Shown here one piece after another: positions 22,364 to 31,900 of a stretch of 36,038 nucleotides of DNA; the first letter of the stretch is position 1; every line of letters begins with the position of its first letter. The stretch spans positions 1-36,038 of the forward strand of contig JARQWU010000087.1 in NCBI GenBank assembly GCA_040182905.1, read 5' to 3'. The translations under genes were made by a program, and so were the position numbers. A model generated the notes under the pieces. It saw only the letters and a list, made by a program, of their open reading frames with translations, did not search any database and was not told the origin of the DNA. This DNA comes from Barthelona sp. PAP020. Taxonomy: Eukaryota.

Positions 22364-22500
22364 ACATCTTTTTGATTAATAAATTTATTTCATAGCGTCA
22401 CATTCCATGTGTAAATTTACTGTATGATTTCTTTTTTTTTTCATTCGTTAGATTTTTGAATGATATTTTATATCTGAGTAATATTATCAGGAACAAAGCA

Positions 22501-23745
22501 ATGCCAGCTAAATTAAAAAAAAGTCTTTGGAAAAATGAATTGAAAACACTAACTGTTGTTCCTTCAGTGACTATTGTTCTATTAACATATGGTTATGGAA
22601 TTTTAAAGACATATATACCAGCTATTATAAAAAGGAGATTCAAAATTGATGATATTTCCTTATTTGGATATACCTATGTATTTTATGGATTAGCTCAATC
22701 GTTTGGAACTCAAATATTTGGTCATTATGCTTCAAAACACAGCGTGCATAAAGCTTTTTATTTGATAGGTCCAGGTTTAATTTTCTCATTTTTATTATTA
22801 GCTTTTGCTTGGAATGCAAAAGTTTTATTATTAGCTCGATTGATCATGGGATTTTTTTCATGTGTTACATCGCTTCTATATGGTTATGTTAGTTCTTACA
22901 ATTCTTATTCTCTTCGTAGTCAAGGAATGAGGTGGTTGGAATTAGGGACTATTTTTGTTAACTTAACAGGGCCTCTTTTGGGGATGCTGATGTTTGATTC
23001 GATCTTGGTTACATGTATCCCGGGAATACTTGCCATTGTTCTTCAAACATTTGGATTATTTATTTTTGAGTTTTTTTTACCAAATCAATCAGCAAAATCT
23101 TCAGTTTTTGCTTCCGAGGAGCTAATTTCATCTGCCGAATCAATTAAAGAAGATGAAGAGTTTGACGATAGGACTAAAGTTTCTTCCAACAAACCTTCAG
23201 ATAATAAAAAATCTCACAAAACAAAACATATATCAAATTCCAAAGTTTTTCCCCTGTTGATCACAATATGTGCGTTTCTCAATTCAGTTGGCTCAAAACA
23301 ATTTTTAACTCTTGTCTCTTATTACAAAGAATCAAAAGAAATAGCCATTATTTTCATGAGTGCAAGCGCATTTGCTGGAATAATTAATTTGGTGTTAGCA
23401 AAAGTTGAAATTGATTTAAAAGTACGTTATTCTCTTATTTCTTTGTTTTCATGTGTCTCTTTGTTAAGAATACAGACCTTTAATCCATTTGTTATTGGTT
23501 TTTTTCATAGTTTTGAATTAAGCATGTTTTCATCATGTGTGTCTTTTTTAATGTCTTTGGTTTGTCGCAAAGAAAAACGTGTTCATTGGGTTTCATCAAT
23601 AAAAACAGCAGAATCTATTGGAAGAATATTGGGACCTTTGTTCATTTCTTTGTTTCAAATATCTTTTGCTATTCATATTGGTACCATTTGTAATATTTTA
23701 AGTGGAATTATGTTTTTATATGTTTGTTTCAATCATAACAGTTGA
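22501..23745 (+). CDS. Major facilitator superfamily transporter
   Basis: Two hydrophobic helix bundles separated by a charged loop; LLLARLIMGFFS and SIGRILGPLF motifs. First ATG is at 22501. Confidence 0.85.
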   Translation: MPAKLKKSLWKNELKTLTVVPSVTIVLLTYGYGILKTYIPAIIKRRFKIDDISLFGYTYVFYGLAQSFGTQIFGHYASKHSVHKAFYLIGPGLIFSFLLLAFAWNAKVLLLARLIMGFFSCVTSLLYGYVSSYNSYSLRSQGMRWLELGTIFVNLTGPLLGMLMFDSILVTCIPGILAIVLQTFGLFIFEFFLPNQSAKSSVFASEELISSAESIKEDEEFDDRTKVSSNKPSDNKKSHKTKHISNSKVFPLLITICAFLNSVGSKQFLTLVSYYKESKEIAIIFMSASAFAGIINLVLAKVEIDLKVRYSLISLFSCVSLLRIQTFNPFVIGFFHSFELSMFSSCVSFLMSLVCRKEKRVHWVSSIKTAESIGRILGPLFISLFQISFAIHIGTICNILSGIMFLYVCFNHNS

Positions 23746-23956
23746 TTTTTGAATAAAGTAATTTCTATATTGAGTTTTTGTCATTTTCTGTCTTTCTTCA
23801 TATTATTTTTTAAGCACATTCAATCTTCAATATTTTTTTTTTGAAAAATTTCCAACAATACTTGATATTCTTATCATTTATTTTTGCAATGATATTATTG
23901 TGATATTAAAAAATGACTGTAAAAGAAGTGTTTCAATTCAATTTTTTTTTGGTTTG

Positions 23957-24973
23957 ATGAACTTTGATTGTATTTTATTCGAGGGAGATCATAACAATCA
24001 ATGGGTTGTTTTGTCGGATGTGAGCAATATTATGTTTGTGGAAAATGGTATTTTAATTGAATACGAAATTTCTTCTTCAACTGGCATTCAAACAATGAAT
24101 TTTGAATATAAAAAGACTAGATTTTTAAAATTAGATGGGAATAATGTTGGCATTTATTCTTCAAAGCGAGTTTATGCTGTTGCTTTTTCAAATGTAATTG
24201 AAACAAATTCTTTTATGAACGCTTTAATGGCGTATCAAAGTGACGACGTATCTGAAAAATCAATCAATCTGCGTCCCAAAACGTTTAAGACTGCAGATAA
24301 AATTAGTGAACTTAATTCCAAATTTAAGGAAGTTCACCAACTTTATCCTATTGAAACCAACCATAGTCTAATGAAGAGTTTTAAGCCAAAATTTACCGCT
24401 GAAAATATAGAAACAGAGCCAATAGTTACCTGTAATTTTTCTGTGTTTAAACCACCTTCTGAAGGTGAGTTTGAGAATATTGTAAAAAGAATAGAATACA
24501 CAAAAGCAGTGGAACAATATAAAAAAGAAGCATCTGATTTTAGAAAGAATTCTTCCAGTTATTCAGACAGTATTGTAGATTGGTTAATGTCTGGAAACAA
24601 TGCTGAGTATTTCTTACAAATATTTAACAACCAGGAGCTTGATTATGAAATATCACCCCCACCTATATCATCTTCTTTCAAATTTAAGTTGTCTAACAGG
24701 GAACCAAATACAGCCATGGAATCATCTATTGAGTATTTTGAACGTATGCAAAAGAAATTGAGAAGAAATGAGAAAAGGTTTATTGAATTGTTGAAAGCTT
24801 TTGTTATGGCTAAAAATAGGAAGTATCCAATGATGACTCCAAACACAGTAAGTTTTGCCTCTTATTCTTCTGAGTTACAAGAATCAAAAAAATACTTTGA
24901 TGATGTTGCAAAAGAGTTGAACATTAATTTGTCAGAAACAACACCTTTTACATATAAACTGCACAACCTTTAG
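23957..24973 (+). CDS. Hypothetical protein with N-terminal EVH1/WH1 (PH-fold)-like domain
   Basis: DCILFEGDHNNQWV...RVYAVAFSNVIETNSFMNALM resembles the start and end of EVH1 domains. First ATG in frame is at 23957. Confidence 0.55.
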   Translation: MNFDCILFEGDHNNQWVVLSDVSNIMFVENGILIEYEISSSTGIQTMNFEYKKTRFLKLDGNNVGIYSSKRVYAVAFSNVIETNSFMNALMAYQSDDVSEKSINLRPKTFKTADKISELNSKFKEVHQLYPIETNHSLMKSFKPKFTAENIETEPIVTCNFSVFKPPSEGEFENIVKRIEYTKAVEQYKKEASDFRKNSSSYSDSIVDWLMSGNNAEYFLQIFNNQELDYEISPPPISSSFKFKLSNREPNTAMESSIEYFERMQKKLRRNEKRFIELLKAFVMAKNRKYPMMTPNTVSFASYSSELQESKKYFDDVAKELNINLSETTPFTYKLHNL

Positions 24974-24990
24974 TTTTTTTTTTTTTCATA

Positions 24991-27900
24991 ATGTCTTCTT
25001 GGTCACTGGATGACTATGAAGTGATATCACTTTTAGGAAGTGGTTCATACGGAAGAGTTCAGAAAGTTATGCGGAAAAAAGACAGGAAAATTTTTGCATG
25101 TAAGGAGATCCATTATGCATCCATGAGTGAAAGAGAAAAGCAATTCTTGGTCAGTGAAGTCAATATATTGAAAGGGTTGGATCATGCAAATATTGTCAGA
25201 TATGTGGATAAAATTGTTGTAAAAGAAGAAGATAAAATTTATATTGTGATGGAATACTGTGATGGTGGAGATCTGTCCAAAATAATAAAGGGTTGTCAAA
25301 TGAAGAAGACATTTTTGGAAGAAAATGTCATTTGGAATATATTTTCGCAGTTGGTTTTAGCTTTGAATGTTTGTCATTCTTCTCCTTCAGGTGCTGTTTT
25401 GCATCGTGATATCAAACCTGGTAATATTTTTTTGACCACCACAAATCTCACGAAATTGGGTGATTTTGGTGTCAGCAGAACATTGAATGATCGTAGTGTT
25501 GCCAGAACAATGGTTGGAACTCCCATATATATGTCACCAGAACAAATGAATGGTGCTCCATATGATACGAAATCTGATATATGGGCATTGGGTTGTGTTT
25601 TGTATGAAATGTGCACATTAAAACCTCCATTTATGGCTAATAATCAGGTTGCTCTTGCTTTAAAGATTCAATCGGGAAAGTATGCTCCCATTGCACCCAA
25701 TCAAGGATATTCAGTGGATTTAATTAATTTGGTTGAAATGATGCTTTCATTTTCGGCAAAAGATCGTCCAGATATCAAATTTCTTATGGATTATCCTCCT
25801 ATTTCTGCTATTATTCATTCTAAAGCTAATCAGGGAAATACCAACCCTAATACCACACAGGCTATCTCATCTAGTGATGTTTTTGATGCCGCAGCATTGG
25901 GAGATGTTGAAGTGCTGAAAAGAGTTATCGTTTGGTGTGACCAAGATATTAACGTTCATGATGCACAGGGAAATACTGCATTGCATATATGCGCTTTGCT
26001 CGGACACAAAGATGCCGTGGAATTTCTTTTATCTTGTGATGCTTCTTTTGAGATAAAGAATGCGTTTGGAAAAACTCCTTTTTATGTTTCTATGGAGGAA
26101 AACCATTTGGAAATAGCAGCGATTTTATCCAATATTGGTGCTGATGTAAATACATGTTCGCTTGTTGGAAGTACATGTTTGGGTGATGCTGTTTCAAAAG
26201 GTAATCTTGAGCATGTAAAATTTTTATATGAACATGGAGCAGATCTTAATCTCAGGCATATTGATGGAAGGACTCCTCTTTACTCTGCTGTGAGAGAACG
26301 ACATTTCCCAATAACCACTTTTTTGATTGAAAAGGGGGTTAATATTGATATTGAGAATGAAGATGGCCAAACTGCTCTTTTTGCAGCTGTTATCAATGAT
26401 GACCTCGAAACGCTTCGATTCCTAATAGGAAGAGGATCTAAAACCACTCACAAAGACAAAAATGAAAACACTATTTTGTTTTTACCGGATATTTCTCCAC
26501 AAATTTTGCGTTTTGTTCTTCTACAAGGGGCAAAACTTGATGTGGTTAATCGTTATGGAATGACCCCATTCACTTTTGCCCTTAGAAACTGTAATCTTGA
26601 AACAGCCTGTGTTTTGGCTGATTTTGGAGCTCAAGTTACATCAGCTGTTCTTTGTTCATTGGCACTAGACATTTGTTCGGATGTTGCTTTTTTGGAAAAC
26701 GAACTTTGTCAATGTTTGGAATATATGCACGGGTTAGGATTTGATGTTAATATTGTTGACACAAATGGTGTTTCCTTGTTTGAGCATTCTATTTTAGCAT
26801 GGCATCCAAACGCTGTTCGTTTATTACTTGAAAAAGGATTAGACATATCTGTTGAAAAAATTGATAATGTGCTCATTCGTGTTTGTTTGTCAGATGTTAA
26901 TGTAGACGATGATATTTCTCGCAGAAAAAGAGAGACAGCGTCTTTTCTTCTTAATGAACTAGGGGCCAATTCAAACATATTGTTTGATGGATTTTCGTCT
27001 CTCTTCCATTCAATCAGAACAGGAAATTTAAGCGTAGCTGAAGTTTTGTTGGATAATGGCATGAGTTTGAATGATGAAGCTGCAAATCTATTATTGTTTG
27101 ATTTAGTAACACGTGATAATGTTGATGTTAAAAATAGACAAAGATTATGTGATACTATTGAGTTTTTAACCCTTTTGGTTGGTGTTAATTTGGAAACACG
27201 TGATAATCTTGGACTTAGCCCCTTTGATTGTGCTATACTTGCTCACAACATTGATATTGCACAAATTTTACTTCAAGCAGGGGCTCAATTGCCTATGGGT
27301 CAAGCCGATTGGTTGGCTGTAAATGTTGTTGGTCAAGATTGGGTTGATCAAAAGGCTGGAGTTGATACATTGCGATTTTTGATCACTAAATGTGGAGCTA
27401 GCCCTGATGCTATGAATGAAGAATCTATGAGCCTTTTAGAGATGTGTGTTTTCCGTGATAAAATTGATGCAATTATTTGTCTTTTGGAACAAAATACTAC
27501 TATTGATATTGATGCAATTTATATCTTGATTTATGGCCTGTTAACGGATTCAAATCCGGATAAGCATTGCGAAATGATACGTTGGTTGCTTGTTGAACTT
27601 GAAATTGATGTTGCTTATCAAATTGATGGACAATATTGGTTTGATATTGCTGCAAATGCTGGCGCGTTAGAAGTGTGCCTTATGCTTGAGCAGTTAAATG
27701 CCCCACAAGCAAGTGCTTCTGTTCTTCTTTTGTTGCATTCATTAGCAAATAAAGATTTGCTTGCAAACCAAATTCCATTGATAAACAGTATTTTGGAGAA
27801 AGTTGATGCGACGCAACCACTTCCCAATGAAACAGAACCACTTTTGGAAAAAGCCATACGCCATGGAAATCTTGCATTATGTGGGTGTTTAAGTACTGTC

Positions 27901-28557
27901 GATATTATTCCTCATGATAAGAAAGAGGCAACTCGTCTGTTGCATTTGGCTATTTCATCAGAAGAAGAAAACTTAGGTGTTTTGAGAGTGATCAATTGGC
28001 TTGTCAAAGAATTCAATGCATCTGTCGATGAAACCATTGTGGATGATCAAACTGGATTGCATATAGCTGTTTCGACTAGTTTAACAAAGATGAGATGGTT
28101 GATTGAAGAATTAGGTGCATCTCCCAACTGTGTTGATCCTCTTGGAAATACTCCATTGCATTTGGCAGTTGTTCAAGCAAAGGAAGATGCTGCTATATTC
28201 CTTGTTGAACATGGCGCTGATATCAACCAAACAAATAATTATGATATGTCTGCTTATTCAGTCAGTTCAAGTTCATTGAAAGGTAAATTAACGGTAGCTG
28301 CTGAAAAATATTTTCAAGAACAAAAATCTAAAAAAAGGTTGACTGAAAATACAACCCCTATTGAAATAAATCCTCATTTATTGGCTTATCAGACAAAATT
28401 GAAGGATTTTACAAAGAATGGCAGAATATCCGTTCAAAATAAAAGAGAATTGCGAAAATTATTGAAAGAACTTGATCTTTCACGTGATGATCATTTGAAT
28501 AGTTTGGCAGCCATCGGTTGGACTCAAGAAGATTACGAAGATGGCGAAAGATTGTAA
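24991..28557 (+). CDS. NimA-related (NEK2-like) Ser/Thr kinase with long ankyrin-repeat region
   Basis: GSGSYG, ACKE, MSEREKQFLVSEVNIL, HRDIKPGN, DFG, GTPIYMSPE; ankyrins GNTALH, GKTPFY, GRTPLY, GQTALF, GNTPLH. Confidence 0.93.
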   Translation: MSSWSLDDYEVISLLGSGSYGRVQKVMRKKDRKIFACKEIHYASMSEREKQFLVSEVNILKGLDHANIVRYVDKIVVKEEDKIYIVMEYCDGGDLSKIIKGCQMKKTFLEENVIWNIFSQLVLALNVCHSSPSGAVLHRDIKPGNIFLTTTNLTKLGDFGVSRTLNDRSVARTMVGTPIYMSPEQMNGAPYDTKSDIWALGCVLYEMCTLKPPFMANNQVALALKIQSGKYAPIAPNQGYSVDLINLVEMMLSFSAKDRPDIKFLMDYPPISAIIHSKANQGNTNPNTTQAISSSDVFDAAALGDVEVLKRVIVWCDQDINVHDAQGNTALHICALLGHKDAVEFLLSCDASFEIKNAFGKTPFYVSMEENHLEIAAILSNIGADVNTCSLVGSTCLGDAVSKGNLEHVKFLYEHGADLNLRHIDGRTPLYSAVRERHFPITTFLIEKGVNIDIENEDGQTALFAAVINDDLETLRFLIGRGSKTTHKDKNENTILFLPDISPQILRFVLLQGAKLDVVNRYGMTPFTFALRNCNLETACVLADFGAQVTSAVLCSLALDICSDVAFLENELCQCLEYMHGLGFDVNIVDTNGVSLFEHSILAWHPNAVRLLLEKGLDISVEKIDNVLIRVCLSDVNVDDDISRRKRETASFLLNELGANSNILFDGFSSLFHSIRTGNLSVAEVLLDNGMSLNDEAANLLLFDLVTRDNVDVKNRQRLCDTIEFLTLLVGVNLETRDNLGLSPFDCAILAHNIDIAQILLQAGAQLPMGQADWLAVNVVGQDWVDQKAGVDTLRFLITKCGASPDAMNEESMSLLEMCVFRDKIDAIICLLEQNTTIDIDAIYILIYGLLTDSNPDKHCEMIRWLLVELEIDVAYQIDGQYWFDIAANAGALEVCLMLEQLNAPQASASVLLLLHSLANKDLLANQIPLINSILEKVDATQPLPNETEPLLEKAIRHGNLALCGCLSTVDIIPHDKKEATRLLHLAISSEEENLGVLRVINWLVKEFNASVDETIVDDQTGLHIAVSTSLTKMRWLIEELGASPNCVDPLGNTPLHLAVVQAKEDAAIFLVEHGADINQTNNYDMSAYSVSSSSLKGKLTVAAEKYFQEQKSKKRLTENTTPIEINPHLLAYQTKLKDFTKNGRISVQNKRELRKLLKELDLSRDDHLNSLAAIGWTQEDYEDGERL

Positions 28558-28916
28558 ATTTTATATTTATATTGTTTTTTGTCAATATTAAGCACATTTG
28601 ATATATATTTGAAACAACACTAGAAACTATGTTCTTTGAAAGGAAAGAATTTCCAAAATCTCTTTGCAAAACGTTAAATATAAGGATTTACCCTTATTAG
28701 TTATATTATATCTTTTTTATCACTGAAATAGGCATTTCTAAAAGGTTAATGAAAAAGGAAATAATCTTCCCTTTGAAAAAGATTTCTTGTGAATTTCATG
28801 TTTGCAAGGTGGAAGATTTGAAGTTTTTTGAACAAAGTAGGTGTTTGATAAAATTTATGGAGTTCTTTTTGAAATTGTTGTAGTGTCTTTTTTTAGCCAT
28901 TTAAAGAATTGTCATT

Positions 28917-31900
28917 ATGATAAGAAGCACATTTTTAATTCTTTATTTTGGATGCTTTGCAATCAGTAATATAATTTTAAGATTTACTGCTGGGAAATTA
29001 GGTTCATTAAAAGGGTGTGTTGAACAACGAGGATGTTCCACTAAATTAGCTCCATTTTTTACGATTTCTCAATGGTTATTTTTGGGGATAAGTTGTTTTT
29101 TAGGATTTTATTTAGGTTTTGAACAAATCAATGAACAAATCTTTCAAACTTGGTTTTGTATTTCTGCAATCTTTGGTATATTACCTTTATTTGTATCTTT
29201 TATGCATATTTGGTTGATACATAATGGTATGTTTTCAAGATTAGTTCAAGCATTTGTCATAATATGTATTTTTACTGTCATTTGTTCTTTTGGTTATATT
29301 GTATTGACATTAGAACCATATAGTTACATGAGCTTATGTTTTTTTATGATGAGCTTAACATTGTTTCCCATTGCATTTTTTTGTTTTTCCAATTCACCAT
29401 TTGATATTTTGGATCAACCTGATGTTAATGAAGGTATTATTTTAAATAAATACAAGACATTTTCTGGATTACAAAGGTATGGATCATATTTATTGAATAT
29501 TTTAATATTGATTATTTATTCATTATTACATCGATATAAAGATCCTGAATATGAATTTCTTGGGTTCATTACTAGTGTTTCTGTAATAATATCTGATTTT
29601 TTGATTTTTGTTCATCCTTCAAAAAGCATCAAACATTCACCTTTTTCTTTATTTATATATCTTTCTTTACCTAGATTTTTATTACCATTATTTACGTATA
29701 ACTATTGGTTTTTAGGACATACATGTATATTTTTGATATTATTCAATATTTTTAGGTTGTCTAGACTAGCAAAAGAAAAGAAATTGACTGGAACTATGTC
29801 ATATATTGCATTAACATCAAATATTGAAGAAGAAGATGCTTTTTTGGAAATTACACCTATGATTAATTCCTCTTATTTTACTTTGATTGTTTTAACCATA
29901 TTTTATCTAATCATTTTTTTCATTGTTAAATGGAAACCAAAAGGTATACCTTTACCAGATATTATGATGATAGATGGAACTCATCCTCAATGGGAATTTG
30001 GACTTTTTGGACTTTTTGCTACTTTAACCATTTCAACTGGTATTGTTGCTATTATTAAAGCTAGAGATATATCTGATGCTTTGATTGAGTTAAAGAATAA
30101 ATTAGACCCTGGTAAAGAGGGTAACCTTGTTGAAGAGGATTTCAAGGAAGAATGGAGTAATCACATTAAAATAATGTTTATCAGTGGAAGTATCTTTATT
30201 TTCACTTTGTTAAGTTGTACAATATTTCTTTATTTTATAACAAAAAGTTTTATAATTTTGGTTTGTTGTATTACTGTTTCATTGATTATTTATTGTTATT
30301 TTATTGTTCAACGATTGTTTTCATTTTTAGATTATGAATGGACAAGAGATAAACCAACAAAACCATTAAGAGTTTGTATTAGTATCTTTTTCTTCATTGG
30401 TTTGGTCAATATAATTATTGGGTATGTTTTATTATATGTATTTATTGAACAAAGAATAATTTGTAATATTTATTTGTTTATTACGGTTGGTTTTTATTTT
30501 AATATTGGATTATTCAAGTTTTATTTTGATACTTTGAGTATCAAAGGTATGACTATTCTTTTTGGTATCATATCTCTTGCAAATATCATTTATTCTGCTA
30601 TATTTATTGATATTTCTTTTGTGGGATTCATTTTTATCGAAATTTTGATTTTTGGCATTTTAAAATTCATTGAAAACGATGCTAAGTATACCAGTCTAAC
30701 AAATATCATTTTTTTTGCTGAAGGTATTCTTATTTTAATCGTTTGTTATGGTGGTGGTTACATTTTTAAAAATAATTTATTTGCTGCTGCTTCATTTTTA
30801 GCAGGATTGATTATTAATGCTTGTATATTTTTAATCTTACATTATTTTCATTCAAAAGCTTCACAAGTATATTTTAGAGGACGTATTACTGATTCAATCA
30901 TTGCTATTATAATTTTGTGTTTTGGTGGTATGGGTTTCTTTGTAATGATGCAAGGAACTGGTATATTTTGGGGAATTTCAATGATTTCTTTTGTTATTGT
31001 GGTTATTTTGGTGTTAATTTGTTCTTTGTATTTACCCACCACTACTACCTTTGAATATTTTTTTTCTTCAAGTATTTTACCTGCTTTTAAATTGAATAAG
31101 AAAAATCGTACTGTTGAATCAAATAATGGACCTTTTTTAATGGTTTTGTTGATTTTTGCTAGTGTCATTGGATGGTGTTTCTTACAATTAGCTTTTAAAC
31201 CAGAATTACCACCATATTTTACAATTGGTATGATTTTTGTTGTTTGGAGTGTATTATTTGGTTTAATGTTAAAATTAAAATTGAATAATACATTATCTTT
31301 GACTTTATCCAAAGATTATTTGGGAGATAGAAATGCTAGCTTTATTCCGCAAGTTAAATTTACCGAAACGGGTGTTATCAATCTGAAGAATCCCAAAAAA
31401 CTTAACAAATATATTTCTGATAATGCTTCTACTGATCAAACATCAAATGAACAACAAGAGTTTATCAATTGGATTGAATACAATCGAAATATGAATATTC
31501 AGGCAAAAAATGTTGCTTCATGGTTTCTATTGTTGATTGAAAGTGCTAATGAAAAGAAATTAGAAAAGTTAGGTTTGATTAAAACCTTTTTACAATCTAA
31601 GGGAGTTTTTATGACAAATGCTCAAATATTGAATATGAAAGAAGATAAAATCCAAAAATTAGCAAATGAATTTGATGGTTGGGTTAAGTACCAAAATGAA
31701 AAGATCGGTAAAGATAAAACGGATATGGAAAAGGACAAAATTCAAGGAAACATCATGGATAATAAGATTAGAGGACGTCAAAATACCAATTTTAAATTGA
31801 CAAAATCAAAAACTAATTTAGATAGTAAGACGAAAGCAAAATTACAAAGAGCTCAAGCTAAATACAGTAAAGCTTGTGCAAAAGTTGATGAACTCCATGA

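Noticed and set aside
23913..23957. Upstream ATG (MTVKEVFQFNFF) that could join the EVH1-like ORF via a T9 slip
   Set aside because: The putative domain appears complete from ATG 23957, and T-runs are common in spacers here.
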